From an uncultured Solirubrobacteraceae bacterium (GTDB lineage: Bacteria; Actinomycetota; Thermoleophilia; Solirubrobacterales; Solirubrobacteraceae), in the NCBI GenBank assembly GCA_963837485.1, contig CAWINP010000017.1, positions 21,885 to 85,884 on the forward strand: DNA of 64,000 bases, given 5' to 3'. The notes under the pieces are model-generated. The model worked only from the letters and a program-made list of their open reading frames with translations. It did no database searches and was not told the DNA's origin. The position numbers and the translations under genes were made by a program. This document shows, piece after piece, positions 36,589-45,961 of this stretch. Position 1 is the stretch's first letter; every line of letters starts with the position of its first letter.

Positions 36589-36617
36589 GTATCGGCCTCC
36601 CGCGCGGCGCCCTTGAG
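36589..36617 (-). promoter_or_regulatory. Sigma-28/WhiG-type promoter
   Basis: CTCAAG-N15-GCCGATAC, 9 nt before ATG 36579. Confidence 0.75.
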
Positions 36618-36639
36618 CCGCGTAGGTGGGGCGGGGACC

Positions 36640-37707
36640 CTATCCCGCGGTCATCAGGTGCTTTGAGGTCTGCGAGAGAACCTCGCGCCCGTCGCCGGTC
36701 ACCACGACCAGGTCCTCGATCCGCACGCCGCCGCGCCCCGGCAGGTAGACGCCCGGCTCCACGGTCACCGCGTGCCCCGCCTCCAGACGCGCCGACGCCG
36801 TGCGCGCGAGCCGCGGCGCCTCGTGCGGCTCCAGCCCGACGCCGTGCCCGAGGCTGTGCCCGAAATGCTCGCCGTGGCCGGCCGCCTCGATGATGTCGCG
36901 GGCCAGTGCATCGACCTCGCGGCCCTCAGGGCCGGGCCTGACGCCGTCGAGCGCGGTGACCTGGGCGCGCAGGACGAGCGCGTAGGCCGCCAGCAGGTCG
37001 TCAGGCGGCTGACCGGTGGCGAACGTGCGCGTGCAGTCGCTGCAGTAGCCGTCCAGGCGCGCCCCGATGTCGATCGTTACCAGAGTGCCGTCCGGGATCT
37101 CCACGTCGCGCGGCTGCGCGTGCGGCAGCGCGCCGTGGGCGCCGGAGGCCACGATCGACGGAAAGCTCGGCCCCGAGGCCCCGCGCACGCGCATCTCGTG
37201 CTCGACCGCAACCGCCACGTCGCGCTCCGTGCGCCCCACCAGGCCGTGCTCCAGCACCCACGCGTAGATGTCGTCGACGAGCGCCGCGGCGGCCCGCAGC
37301 GTCTCCACCTCGCCCGGCTCCTTGATCGCCCGCTCGGCCTCCACGACGCCCGCGGCCGGCACCAGCTCGACGTTCGCGGGCAGCGTGTCGCGCAGCTTCG
37401 CGTGCGCCCGGACGGAGACCGACGCGTCGTCGAACCCGAGCCGCACCGCGCCGTCCGGCCAGCCGCCGGCCAGCGCGTCGGCGAGCTGCTGCGCGGCGCG
37501 CTCGCGGTCGAAGCCCTCGACCTCGGCCTTCGCCTGCTCGACGTAGCGGAAGTCGGTCACGAACCGCCGCACCTGCGACCCCACCACGGCAAGCCCGCTG
37601 GAGCCCGTGAAACCGGTGACGTAGCGCAGGTTGACCGCGTCGGTGATCAGCAACGCGTCGAGCCCCTCGGCGGCGAGGCGGACGCTGATGCGATCGGCGC
37701 GGTTCAC
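36640..37707 (-). CDS. pepQ: Xaa-Pro peptidase (M24)
   Basis: Motifs 'TDFRY', 'YCSDCTRT', 'HSLGHGVGL..HE.P' and 'TVEPGVY...GGVRIED'. Confidence 0.9.
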   Translation of the reverse strand: MNRADRISVRLAAEGLDALLITDAVNLRYVTGFTGSSGLAVVGSQVRRFVTDFRYVEQAKAEVEGFDRERAAQQLADALAGGWPDGAVRLGFDDASVSVRAHAKLRDTLPANVELVPAAGVVEAERAIKEPGEVETLRAAAALVDDIYAWVLEHGLVGRTERDVAVAVEHEMRVRGASGPSFPSIVASGAHGALPHAQPRDVEIPDGTLVTIDIGARLDGYCSDCTRTFATGQPPDDLLAAYALVLRAQVTALDGVRPGPEGREVDALARDIIEAAGHGEHFGHSLGHGVGLEPHEAPRLARTASARLEAGHAVTVEPGVYLPGRGGVRIEDLVVVTGDGREVLSQTSKHLMTAG

Positions 37708-38141
37708 GCGAAGGCCGCCTTGAGCTGCTCGAGCCCGGAGCGGTAGCCCTCCACCCCCTGGCCGAACACCCTCCCCACGACCAGGCCCTCGAGCACCGAG
37801 ACCCGCCGGAACGGCTCACGCTCTTCGACGTTGGAGAGGTGCACCTCGACGGCCGGCAGCCCGGCGATCTCCAGGGCGTCGCGGATCGCCCACGAGTAGT
37901 GCGTCCACGCGCCGGGGTTCACCACCAGCCCGTCGGCGTAGCCCGGCGCCTTGTGCAGCTCCTCGACGAACTCGCCCTCGTGATTGGTGTGGAAGAAGTT
38001 CGTCTCGAGCTGCAGCTCGCGCGCGAAGCGCGCGATCTGGTGCTCGAGCGAGGTGAACGTAAGCCCGCCGTAGTGCTCGGCGGGCCGCTTGTTGAGCGCA
38101 TCGAGGTTGACGCCGTGCAGGACGGCGACGCGGTTCCTCAT
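37704..38141 (-). CDS. aroQ: Type II 3-dehydroquinate dehydratase
   Basis: Motifs 'HGVNL', 'NPGAWTHYS' and 'EVHLSN...REPFR'. Confidence 0.95.
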   Translation of the reverse strand: MRNRVAVLHGVNLDALNKRPAEHYGGLTFTSLEHQIARFARELQLETNFFHTNHEGEFVEELHKAPGYADGLVVNPGAWTHYSWAIRDALEIAGLPAVEVHLSNVEEREPFRRVSVLEGLVVGRVFGQGVEGYRSGLEQLKAAFA

Positions 38142-38142
38142 C

Positions 38143-39654
38143 TCAGCGCAACGATGACAGGGCGGCGCGGATGTCGCTCTCCGCCACGGGTGCGCCCGTC
38201 CGCACCGCGCCCGGTCTCTCGACCAGGACGAACCCGACGCGGCCGCCGCGGCGCTTCTTGTCGCGCTGCACGGCGGCGATCACGGCCTCCTGATCGACGG
38301 CGGCGTCGAGCGTGACCGGCAGCTCGCGCTCGGTCAGCAGGTCGTAGACCTCCGAGCGCAGCGCCGGCTGCGTGGAGAGCGTCAGCGCCGCCAGCAGCCC
38401 GAGGCCGACCGCCTCGCCGTGGCGGTAGCGGCGGTAGCCCGTCGCGGTCTCGATCGCGTGACCGATCGTGTGGCCGAGATTGAGCACCTGGCGCCGGCCG
38501 GCGTCACGCTCGTCGCTGGCCACCACGTCGAGCTTGGTCCGGGCGCACGCGAGGATCAGCTCGCGATCGGCGCCCGGCCGGCCGCGACGCACGCGCTCCC
38601 ACAGGCTGCCGCCGGCGATCAGGGCGGTCTTGATCACCTCCGCCCACCCGGCGGCGAGCTCCTGCGGGGGCAGTGAATCGAGCGTGCGCGGGTCGGCGAG
38701 CACGGCGCGCGGCTGGTGGTAGGCGCCGACGTAGTTCTTGCCCTCCGGCAGGTCGACGCCGGTCTTGCCGCCATAGGCGGAGTCGACCTGGGCGACGAGC
38801 GAGGTCGGGACCTGCACGACGCCGACGCCGCGCTGATAGACCGCGGCGCAGAACCCCGCGACGTCGCCGACCACGCCGCCGCCGAGGGCGACCACGTGGT
38901 CGTCGTGGTCCATCCCCGCCTCGGCGAGCGCGCGCAGCAGCCGCTCGGCGGTGGCGAGCGTCTTGGCCTCCTCCCCGGGCGGCATCGCCAACCGCGTGGC
39001 GGGGTCCGGCACGCGCTCGCCGTGCAGGCCGGCCACGGTCTCGTCGCTGATCACGAAGCGGCGGCCGCGCACGGGCCAGAATCCGGCGCCGAGAACGTCG
39101 CCGACGTAGACGGGGTACTGCGCCGAGCCGGCGACCGCCCAGATCACCTTCACGCCCGCCGGGATCGTGCGCAGGGTCGCGGACGCCGCGCGGATCGTGT
39201 CGGCGCCGCCGTCGAGCAGGATCGCATCGGCGAGCGACTCGTAGACCGGTCCGCGCTCGGCGTGCAGCGCCGCGAAGCGCTCGCGGTCGCGCGCCAGCGG
39301 ACGCCGCTTGCCGCCGGCGCGCCGCCAGGCGGTCGCCTCGTCGACGTGCAGCAGGACGACGGTGTGGCGCTGCAGCAGCTCGCGCACCCGGGAGGAGGAG
39401 ATCGCGCCGCCGCCGAGCGAGAGGACCGGCGCAGGCGGGTGCTCGAGGAACTCGGCCACGAGGTCCTCCTCGGCCTCGCGGAACGCGCGCTCGCCGTGCG
39501 ACGCGAAGTAGTCGTCGATCGGGGCGCCCAGGCGCTCCTCGAGCGCGCGGTCGGTGTCCATCGCCTTCACGCCGAGCGCGGCGGCGGCGGCGCGGGCCCC
39601 GGTCGTCTTGCCGGCGCCCATGAACCCGATGAAGACTAGGGCCGGGGTTTCCAT
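38143..39654 (-). CDS. aroKB: Bifunctional shikimate kinase / 3-dehydroquinate synthase
   Basis: N-terminal 'GFMGAGKT...LGGG'; C-terminal 'GGGVVGD...PTSLVAQVDS..GGKTG...LNLGHTIGHAIE'. Confidence 0.93.
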   Translation of the reverse strand: METPALVFIGFMGAGKTTGARAAAAALGVKAMDTDRALEERLGAPIDDYFASHGERAFREAEEDLVAEFLEHPPAPVLSLGGGAISSSRVRELLQRHTVVLLHVDEATAWRRAGGKRRPLARDRERFAALHAERGPVYESLADAILLDGGADTIRAASATLRTIPAGVKVIWAVAGSAQYPVYVGDVLGAGFWPVRGRRFVISDETVAGLHGERVPDPATRLAMPPGEEAKTLATAERLLRALAEAGMDHDDHVVALGGGVVGDVAGFCAAVYQRGVGVVQVPTSLVAQVDSAYGGKTGVDLPEGKNYVGAYHQPRAVLADPRTLDSLPPQELAAGWAEVIKTALIAGGSLWERVRRGRPGADRELILACARTKLDVVASDERDAGRRQVLNLGHTIGHAIETATGYRRYRHGEAVGLGLLAALTLSTQPALRSEVYDLLTERELPVTLDAAVDQEAVIAAVQRDKKRRGGRVGFVLVERPGAVRTGAPVAESDIRAALSSLR

Positions 39655-40805
39655 CCGATTCGCGCGCAATACGCCGCGAGCGACTCCTTCACGTCATCGA
39701 TGTGATCCCCGCCGAACTTGTCGCGGTAGGCGCCGGCCAGCACGATCGCCAGCATCGCCTCCCCCACCACGCCGGCCGCCGGCACGACGCACGAGTCGGT
39801 GCGCTCGCGCAGCGCCTGGGCCGGCTCGCGGGTCGCGATGTCGACGGAGCGCAGCGGCTTGGTGAGCGTGGGAATCGGCTTCATGGCGACGCGCGCGACC
39901 AGCGGCTCGCCCGTGGTCATGCCGCCCTCCAGCCCGCCGGAGCGGTTGGTCTCCCGGTAGTACCCGCGCTCGTCGCTGAAGAAGATCTCGTCGTGCGCCT
40001 CCGAGCCGGGCCGGCCGGCGAGGTCGAAGCCGTCGCCGAGGCCGACGCCCTTGGCCGCCTGGATCGAGAGCAGCGCCATCCCGATCCAGCCGTCGAGCCG
40101 CTGCTCCCAGGAGACGTGCGAGCCGAGCCCGGGCACGAGGCCGAACGCGCGCAGCTCGAAGACGCCGCCGATCGACTCGTTGCGCTTGCGCAGGACGTTG
40201 ATCTCCTCGACCATCGCCTTCGCGGCCTGCGGATCGAGGCAGCGGACCGGCGAGGCGTCGACGTCATCGAAGTCGCCCACCGCCAGCCCGTCGCGCTCGG
40301 CCGCGCGCACCGAGCCGATCTGGGTCACGTGCGAGCGCACCTCGGCGCCGAGCGCGCGCAGGAACGCCTTGGCCAGCGCCCCGCCGGCGACGCGTGCGGC
40401 GGTCTCGCGGGCGCTCGCCCGCTCCAGCACGTTGCGCACATCGGTGAACCCGAACTTCTGCACGCCGGCGAGGTCGGCATGGCCGGGGCGCGGGAGATGG
40501 ACCTCCGGGACCGGGTTCTCGACCGGCCATGGGTTCATCCGCTCCTCCCAGTTGGCGTAGTCGCGGTTGGCGACCTGGAGCGCCACCGGGCCGCCGAGCG
40601 TGCGGCCGTGCCGGACGCCGGCGGTGACCTGCGCGGCGTCCTTCTCGATCTTCATCCGCCCGCCGCGGCCGTGGCCGAGCTGGCGGCGCGCCATGTCGCC
40701 GTCGATCGCCGCGAGGTCGAGCTCCAGGCCCGCGGGCAGCCCCTCGACGACGCAGGTCAGGCCCGGCCCATGAGACTCCCCGGCAGTGACGACGTGCAAC
40801 GGCAC
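39636..40805 (-). CDS. aroC: Chorismate synthase
   Basis: Motifs 'TAGESHG', 'RPGHAD', 'ERASARET', 'GGLEGG' and 'KPIPT'. Confidence 0.97.
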   Translation of the reverse strand: MPLHVVTAGESHGPGLTCVVEGLPAGLELDLAAIDGDMARRQLGHGRGGRMKIEKDAAQVTAGVRHGRTLGGPVALQVANRDYANWEERMNPWPVENPVPEVHLPRPGHADLAGVQKFGFTDVRNVLERASARETAARVAGGALAKAFLRALGAEVRSHVTQIGSVRAAERDGLAVGDFDDVDASPVRCLDPQAAKAMVEEINVLRKRNESIGGVFELRAFGLVPGLGSHVSWEQRLDGWIGMALLSIQAAKGVGLGDGFDLAGRPGSEAHDEIFFSDERGYYRETNRSGGLEGGMTTGEPLVARVAMKPIPTLTKPLRSVDIATREPAQALRERTDSCVVPAAGVVGEAMLAIVLAGAYRDKFGGDHIDDVKESLAAYCARIGWKPRP

Positions 40806-40884
40806 GGCGAAGATCCTAGGAGCACGACGAGCAGCGGCGGACCCAAGGGCCCGCCGCGCGCGTCATCGGCTCCCGCCGCGAGTG

Positions 40885-41697
40885 TTAGGAACCGGCCCCG
40901 GGGACGGCCGCGTCGACCTCGTCCTTGGGCACCTTGGTGGCCTTGTCGTAGATCTTCGTCAGGTCGAGCTCGTACTCGGCGTCTGCGCCGTCGGCGCCCG
41001 CGCCCTTGAGCGTGATGAACTCGGTCTGGCCGGCGCGCAGCTTGAGCTCCGCGCAGTCCTGGGGATTCGGCGAGCACTTGCCGTCGCCGACGGCGGTCAC
41101 GTCGCCCGGGATCGAGAACAGGGCGCTGCGGCCGCTGTCGCGCGTCCCCTCGAACACCAGTACCGGGGCGGTGGCGTTCGGGAGCGGCTCGAGCCGGTTG
41201 ACGAAGAGCGTCGGCAACTCGGTCGTGGCGTCCGCGCTGGTGGGGCCGAAGTGGACCTTGATCGACCCCTTGGGGAGCGTCACGGTCGGCACGGCCGGCG
41301 TGCTCGGGGCCGAGGACGGCGGCGCGGAGCTCCCGCCGCCGCTGGTACCAGAGCCCGACGTCGGGGTCGCGGTCGGCGTCGCGGTGGCCGCGGCCTTCGC
41401 CTTGTGCTTCTTCTTCTTGGGCAGCGGCGCGGGCGCGAACGGGTCCTTGGACTGGCCGAGCACGCGCCGGCGCTTCTTGGCGGCGGGCTCGGAGGCGGTC
41501 TTGAGCTGGACGACCGGCTTGGACTCGGCCTCGGCCCGCTGGGCCTTGGCCAGCGTGGCGGCCGGGACGGCCGGAACGGCGTCGGGCTTCTTGGCGAGCT
41601 TCATCGGGACCGCGACCAGCGCGGCCACCAACAGAAGCGCGACCGGCCAGAGCCGGCGGCGGAGCAGCTGTCGCCAGGTGTTCGTGATCAGGTTCAT
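40885..41697 (-). CDS. Membrane-anchored hypothetical protein in pilus operon (PilP position)
   Basis: N-terminal TM, a 'DPF' motif and a Pro/Thr linker. It is coupled to pilO. Confidence 0.65.
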   Translation of the reverse strand: MNLITNTWRQLLRRRLWPVALLLVAALVAVPMKLAKKPDAVPAVPAATLAKAQRAEAESKPVVQLKTASEPAAKKRRRVLGQSKDPFAPAPLPKKKKHKAKAAATATPTATPTSGSGTSGGGSSAPPSSAPSTPAVPTVTLPKGSIKVHFGPTSADATTELPTLFVNRLEPLPNATAPVLVFEGTRDSGRSALFSIPGDVTAVGDGKCSPNPQDCAELKLRAGQTEFITLKGAGADGADAEYELDLTKIYDKATKVPKDEVDAAVPGAGS

Positions 41698-42467
41698 CGC
41701 AGGTCCGAGCCGTTTGACGAGGTTGAGGTGGAGGTGCCGGAGTCGGTGGAGGACGAGGTGGTCGTCGAGGTCCCGCCCGTCGTGGTGGTGCCGACGGAGG
41801 GGCTCTTGGCGGTCGCGCCCGACGCCGGGTCCGACGCCTGCGGGACGACGTAGGCGGTCACCGCCGCCGACGCCTGGATGTCGGGCCAGCCGTTGTCGAT
41901 CGGCTTGAGCTGGATCTTCTCGACCCGCAGCAGGCGGCCGTCGACTGCGATCTTCTCGCCGTCGAGGGTGACGAAGCGCTCCAGGCGGGAGAAGAAGTTC
42001 GAGAGCGTCGAGAACTCGCCGGTGAAGGCCAGCGAGAACGGCATCACGGCGAAGCTGCCGCCGTTGATCGCGCCGGGCGGGAGGCCGGTCGAGCCCTGCT
42101 GGGTCGCGACGTTCGAGCCGGCCGGGATGAGGCCGCCGCCCGAGATCAGGTCGATGTTGTCGAAGTCGACCCCGCTGCGCTTGGCGGCGGCGTCGACCTG
42201 GACGACCAGCGAGCGCGTGTCGTCGTCGGACGGGACCGCCTTGCCGAGGCGGATGATCTTGGCGTAGTTGTCGCGGTACTGGGTCTTGGCCTGCTGGTAG
42301 GACGCGAGCGTCGTCTTGGCCTGGTCGAGCTGCGCCTGAGTGACGCTGACCTCGGTCGCGAGCTTGCTCGCCTCGTCGCGCTTGGGCGCGAGCAGGAACT
42401 TGTAGTAGCCACCGGCGGCCACCGCGATGACGACGACGCCGATCAGGAGACGGTAGGTGCGGCTCAC
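41694..42467 (-). CDS. pilO: Type IV pilus assembly protein PilO-like
   Basis: TM plus coiled coil, 'KAVP', and 'G.F..L.NFFSRLE...RLL.V'. It follows pilN. Confidence 0.75.
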   Translation of the reverse strand: MSRTYRLLIGVVVIAVAAGGYYKFLLAPKRDEASKLATEVSVTQAQLDQAKTTLASYQQAKTQYRDNYAKIIRLGKAVPSDDDTRSLVVQVDAAAKRSGVDFDNIDLISGGGLIPAGSNVATQQGSTGLPPGAINGGSFAVMPFSLAFTGEFSTLSNFFSRLERFVTLDGEKIAVDGRLLRVEKIQLKPIDNGWPDIQASAAVTAYVVPQASDPASGATAKSPSVGTTTTGGTSTTTSSSTDSGTSTSTSSNGSDLR

Positions 42468-43312
42468 GGGGTCGCCCCTCCCTGGGACGCGGTCGACGCC
42501 GTGGTCGTGCCGCTGTCAGGCGTCGCCGTCGGCGTGGCCGTGGCGGTGCCGCCGGCGGCGGGCGTCGGGGTCGGGGTCGCCTGGGCGGCGGCGGTGCCGG
42601 ACGCGTCGGTCGCGGTCTTGACCGCGGCCGGGGCGTCCTCGAAGAAGGCGACGACCTCGAACTGCGGGCGCTTGCCGGCGCCGCAGGGGCGCTGGTTGCG
42701 CGTCGCGCGCTCGGTCGTCTGCTCGCCGCCGGCCTGGGCGACGGCGTTGTCGGACTTCGTGAGCGACACGCGCGTCACGCCGTCGACGTTGTGCAGGCGC
42801 GCCATCAGGCGGGCGACCTGCGTCTGGCCCGGCGCGCAGCCGTGGAGCGTGATCGCCGGCGCGGCGATCGCGCCGCGGACCGAGTTCGAGCCGCCGGCGC
42901 CGCCGGTGCTCTGGCTCAGGTCGCCGCTGATGTCCTTGAGCGCGATGTCGGCGGGGATCGCGCGGGAGAGGTCGCGAAGCACCTGCTCCCAGTCGAAGCG
43001 CGAGGTGGCCAGGTCGCGGACGGTGGCGACGCGCTGATTGGCGACCGCGCCGAAGTCGGCGAACGGGCGCAGCTGCGCCGTCTTGCTGTCGACGACCTGC
43101 TTCTGCGCCTTCAGCGCGCCGATGTCGGCCTGGCGCTGCTTGATGGTGTTGTTGGTAAGCACGTAGCCCGCGGTCCCGGCCACGCACGCGGCCAGAACAC
43201 CAAGGACGACGAACGGGCCTGCGCCGCCGGTGACCTCCGGACGGGCGCCCTGGTCGCCGGACGCCTTGGGGGCGCCGGCGAAGTCGGGGGGAAGGAGGTT
43301 GACGGCTCTCAC
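42464..43312 (-). CDS. pilN: Type IV pilus assembly protein PilN-like
   Basis: N-terminal 'VNLLP' motif, TM, coiled coil and 'W..VL..LSRAIP'. Confidence 0.8.
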   Translation of the reverse strand: MRAVNLLPPDFAGAPKASGDQGARPEVTGGAGPFVVLGVLAACVAGTAGYVLTNNTIKQRQADIGALKAQKQVVDSKTAQLRPFADFGAVANQRVATVRDLATSRFDWEQVLRDLSRAIPADIALKDISGDLSQSTGGAGGSNSVRGAIAAPAITLHGCAPGQTQVARLMARLHNVDGVTRVSLTKSDNAVAQAGGEQTTERATRNQRPCGAGKRPQFEVVAFFEDAPAAVKTATDASGTAAAQATPTPTPAAGGTATATPTATPDSGTTTASTASQGGATP

Positions 43313-43320
43313 GATTTCGT

Positions 43321-43349
43321 CTATCGGCATCGCGAGGAACGCGCTTGAG
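43321..43349 (-). promoter_or_regulatory. Sigma-28/WhiG-type promoter of pilN-pilO
   Basis: CTCAAG-N15-GCCGATAG, 8 nt before GTG 43312. Confidence 0.75.
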
Positions 43350-43382
43350 GCGTGTGGGGCCCTGACCCCACGGGGTTCGCGC

Positions 43383-44144
43383 CTAGGTGAAGGTGTCCAG
43401 GTACCAGTCGACGATCGCGTCGCCCGCGAACACGCCGACAAGGCCGCCCAGGGCGAGCCAGGGGCCGAACGGGATGCCCTTCTTCCGCCCCTCCTTGGCC
43501 CCGTAGCGCGCGATGATCACGGCGCCCACGACGGTGCCCGCGACGAGCGCGGTGAAGATCGCCGGCGCGACGGCGCGACCGAGATAGAGGCCCATCACGG
43601 CGGCGAGCTTGACGTCCCCCATGCCCATGCCGGCGGGGTAGGCGATCGCGGCGATCAGGAAGAACCCGCCGGCCGCGAGCGCGGCGATCAGGTTCTCCAC
43701 GAGGTCATCGGACTGGAACGCGAGCACGAGCGCGACCGCCGCGACCGCGCCGACCAGCATCAGCGTGTTCGGGATGATCCGGAAGTCGAGGTCGATCAGC
43801 GTGACCGGGACGAGCAGGAGCACGAAGGCAAGCGGCAGCCAGACGTCGCTGTCGGCGCCGTAGCGCCCCACCACAGCCGCACACAGCAGGCCGGTGACCG
43901 CCTCCACCAGGGGGTAGCGCCAGGAGATCCTGGCGCCGCACGCGCGGCAGCGCCCGCGCAGCCACAGCCACCCCAGCACCGGGACGTTGTCATAGGGCTT
44001 GATCGGGGTCTCGCAGCTCGGGCAGCGCGACCCAGGGTGCAGCAGCGACTCCTTGCGCGGGAGCCGGTAGGCGACCACATTCAGGAAGGAGCCGACGATC
44101 GCCCCGAGGATCCCAGCCAGAACCGCCCCCACGCCAACGCTCAT
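43383..44144 (-). CDS. pilD: Prepilin peptidase (A24)
   Basis: 'GSFLNVV.YRLP', two CxxC motifs, 'IDL', 'GMGDVKL' and 'PFGP.L'. Confidence 0.93.
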   Translation of the reverse strand: MSVGVGAVLAGILGAIVGSFLNVVAYRLPRKESLLHPGSRCPSCETPIKPYDNVPVLGWLWLRGRCRACGARISWRYPLVEAVTGLLCAAVVGRYGADSDVWLPLAFVLLLVPVTLIDLDFRIIPNTLMLVGAVAAVALVLAFQSDDLVENLIAALAAGGFFLIAAIAYPAGMGMGDVKLAAVMGLYLGRAVAPAIFTALVAGTVVGAVIIARYGAKEGRKKGIPFGPWLALGGLVGVFAGDAIVDWYLDTFT

Positions 44145-44189
44145 CGCGCGTGCAGTCTGCCGTAGCGACGGCGCGGCCGCCGAGCGCCC

Positions 44190-45230
44190 CTAGGGGCGCG
44201 CGGCGACGGCAAGTCCGGCGGCCGCGGTCAGGCGGCCGGCGTCGGCGCCTTCGGCGGCGTCGACGACGCGCGACTCGAGCGGCATGCGGAGGTGCTCGCT
44301 GAGGCGCTCGGCGAAGCCCGGGATGGCCACGGCGGCACCGGTGACGATGCCGCGCTCGACCAGCTCGGAGTTCTCCTGGGCGCGGTAGAAGTTGAGCGTG
44401 TTGCGCACGCTGTCGGCGACCTGGTGCGCGCCCTCCTCGAGCGCGGTGCGAGCCGAGGCGACGAGGTCGGGATCGCCCTCGAGCTCGTCGATCGGCGTCA
44501 CGAGTCCGACGTGGGACATCCACTGGCGGGCGTGCTCGAGCGTGAGCCCGCGGCGCTCGGCCAGCGTGTGCGCGATCGCGTCGATCCCGCCGGCGGAGGC
44601 GCGGGTGAAGAGGCAGCCGTCGGCGTTGGCCACGGCGACGTTGAGCAGGCCGGCGGCGCTGACGTAGAGCACGGCGCCGTCGCCGTCGTCGGCGAGGGCG
44701 CGGACCATGCCGAAGGCCGACAGGTCGATCCCCTCGATCTCCAGCCCGGCGCCCTGGACGGCCGCGGCGGCGCGCTCGACCATCTCGCGCCGGACGGCGA
44801 CGACGACCACGCGCGATCTCGGGCCGCCCGGCGTCTCGACGATGCCCAGCGACTGGAAGTCCATCACGGCCTCGTCCATCGGCATCGGGATGTGGTCAGG
44901 GGCGGCCGCGCGCACGGCGGCGGCGAGCGCCTTGGGGTCGTCGATCACCATCGGCAGGTCGAGCGAGCGCACGACGATGCGCTGATGGGCGATGCCCAGG
45001 CGCACGCGCTTGGGGAGGTCGTGCTCGGCGAAGAGCGCCTTGAGCGTCTCGGCGAGCACGATCGGATCGGCGACCTCGCCGTCGCGCATGACGCCGGGGC
45101 GGAGCTCGGCGACTGCACCGCGGGTCAGGGTGAGGGAGCCGTTGACGCTCACCTCGGCGGCGGCGAGATGACCCGGGTCGAGCTCGAGCCCGACCACGCT
45201 GGTCTTGGAGGAACGCTTCTTACGGAGCAC
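44190..45230 (-). CDS. pilM: Type IV pilus assembly protein PilM
   Basis: Actin-like motifs 'VGLEL', 'IPMPMDEAVMDF' and 'A.GLA'. Confidence 0.85.
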   Translation of the reverse strand: MLRKKRSSKTSVVGLELDPGHLAAAEVSVNGSLTLTRGAVAELRPGVMRDGEVADPIVLAETLKALFAEHDLPKRVRLGIAHQRIVVRSLDLPMVIDDPKALAAAVRAAAPDHIPMPMDEAVMDFQSLGIVETPGGPRSRVVVVAVRREMVERAAAAVQGAGLEIEGIDLSAFGMVRALADDGDGAVLYVSAAGLLNVAVANADGCLFTRASAGGIDAIAHTLAERRGLTLEHARQWMSHVGLVTPIDELEGDPDLVASARTALEEGAHQVADSVRNTLNFYRAQENSELVERGIVTGAAVAIPGFAERLSEHLRMPLESRVVDAAEGADAGRLTAAAGLAVAARP

Positions 45231-45237
45231 GAAGGTT

Positions 45238-45266
45238 TGATCGGCAGACGGGGCTTGAGTCTTGAG
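45238..45266 (-). promoter_or_regulatory. Sigma-28/WhiG-type promoter of pilM-pilD
   Basis: CTCAAG-N15-GCCGATCA, 7 nt before GTG 45230. Confidence 0.75.
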
Positions 45267-45276
45267 CGTTAAACGA

Positions 45277-45304
45277 GCGAAGCGGGCCCGGAGGCCCGCT
45301 TCGC
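45277..45304 (-). terminator. Terminator after major pilin
   Basis: GCGAAGCGGGCC-CGGA-GGCCCGCTTCGC, a 12-bp stem followed on the minus strand by TCGTTT. Confidence 0.75.
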
Positions 45305-45330
45305 GGAAACGGTGAGCTATGCGGAGGTGA

Positions 45331-45783
45331 TTACCACTTGCCGCTGGTCGGGCACCCGCCGGTGTCCGGCTTCGAGCAGGTACGGGTGACCACGCCGCCG
45401 TTGTTGGCGATCGTGAAGGTGCCGGCGTCGGAGCTCTTCGACGTCACGGTCAGTGTGTAGGCCGTGGGCGACTGGCCGCCGGCCGTCAGGTTGTTGCCGT
45501 CCGGCACGGCCAGAGCGGCCTGGACGAGCGTGGGCTCGATGACGCCGAGCTTGGCCGCGTCGGCGCCCACGTAGGTCTGGTTGTCGGTGTAGTACGTCTC
45601 CATCGCCGTCTGGGCGGTGCGAACGACCGACTTCGCATTGGCGTCCTGAGCCTTGCTGCGCTGGTTCAGGAAGGCCGGCAGCGCGATCGCGGCGAGGATG
45701 CCGATGATCAGGATGACGACCAGCAGCTCGATCAGGGTGAAGCCCTTCTCATCCTGGGCGCGCTGGCGAAGCTTGTGAAGCAT
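45331..45783 (-). CDS. pilA: Type IV major pilin
   Basis: Class III signal 'QDEKG|FTLIELLVVILIIGILAAIALP', a C-terminal Cys pair, strong RBS AGGAGG, and its own promoter and terminator. Confidence 0.88.
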   Translation of the reverse strand: MLHKLRQRAQDEKGFTLIELLVVILIIGILAAIALPAFLNQRSKAQDANAKSVVRTAQTAMETYYTDNQTYVGADAAKLGVIEPTLVQAALAVPDGNNLTAGGQSPTAYTLTVTSKSSDAGTFTIANNGGVVTRTCSKPDTGGCPTSGKW

Positions 45784-45858
45784 GTGGGTGAACCCTCCTG
45801 AAGGGATCGTTGGGCCTGTGGGTGTTCCTTGCCAGGTCCTCGGTCCCGATGTCTGCCG

Positions 45859-45946
45859 GAAGTGGCAACCCGGCGTGCTCTCGATACACAAGAGCCCCGT
45901 GGCTTTGCGCCTCGCCCTCACGAGCGATTTGCCTTTTTGACACCTC
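45859..45946 (-). ncRNA. c-di-GMP-I riboswitch (GGC-type variant)
   Basis: GAGGTG TCAAAAA GGCAAA TCGCTC GTGA GGGCGA GGCGCAAAGCCACGGG GCTCT...AGAGC ACGCCGGGTTGC CACTTC. This gives P1, P2 with a GNRA loop, P3 and the conserved GGCAAA/GCAAAG/GTTGCC segments. Confidence 0.85.
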
Positions 45947-45961
45947 GGTCTGGCAGGTTCC

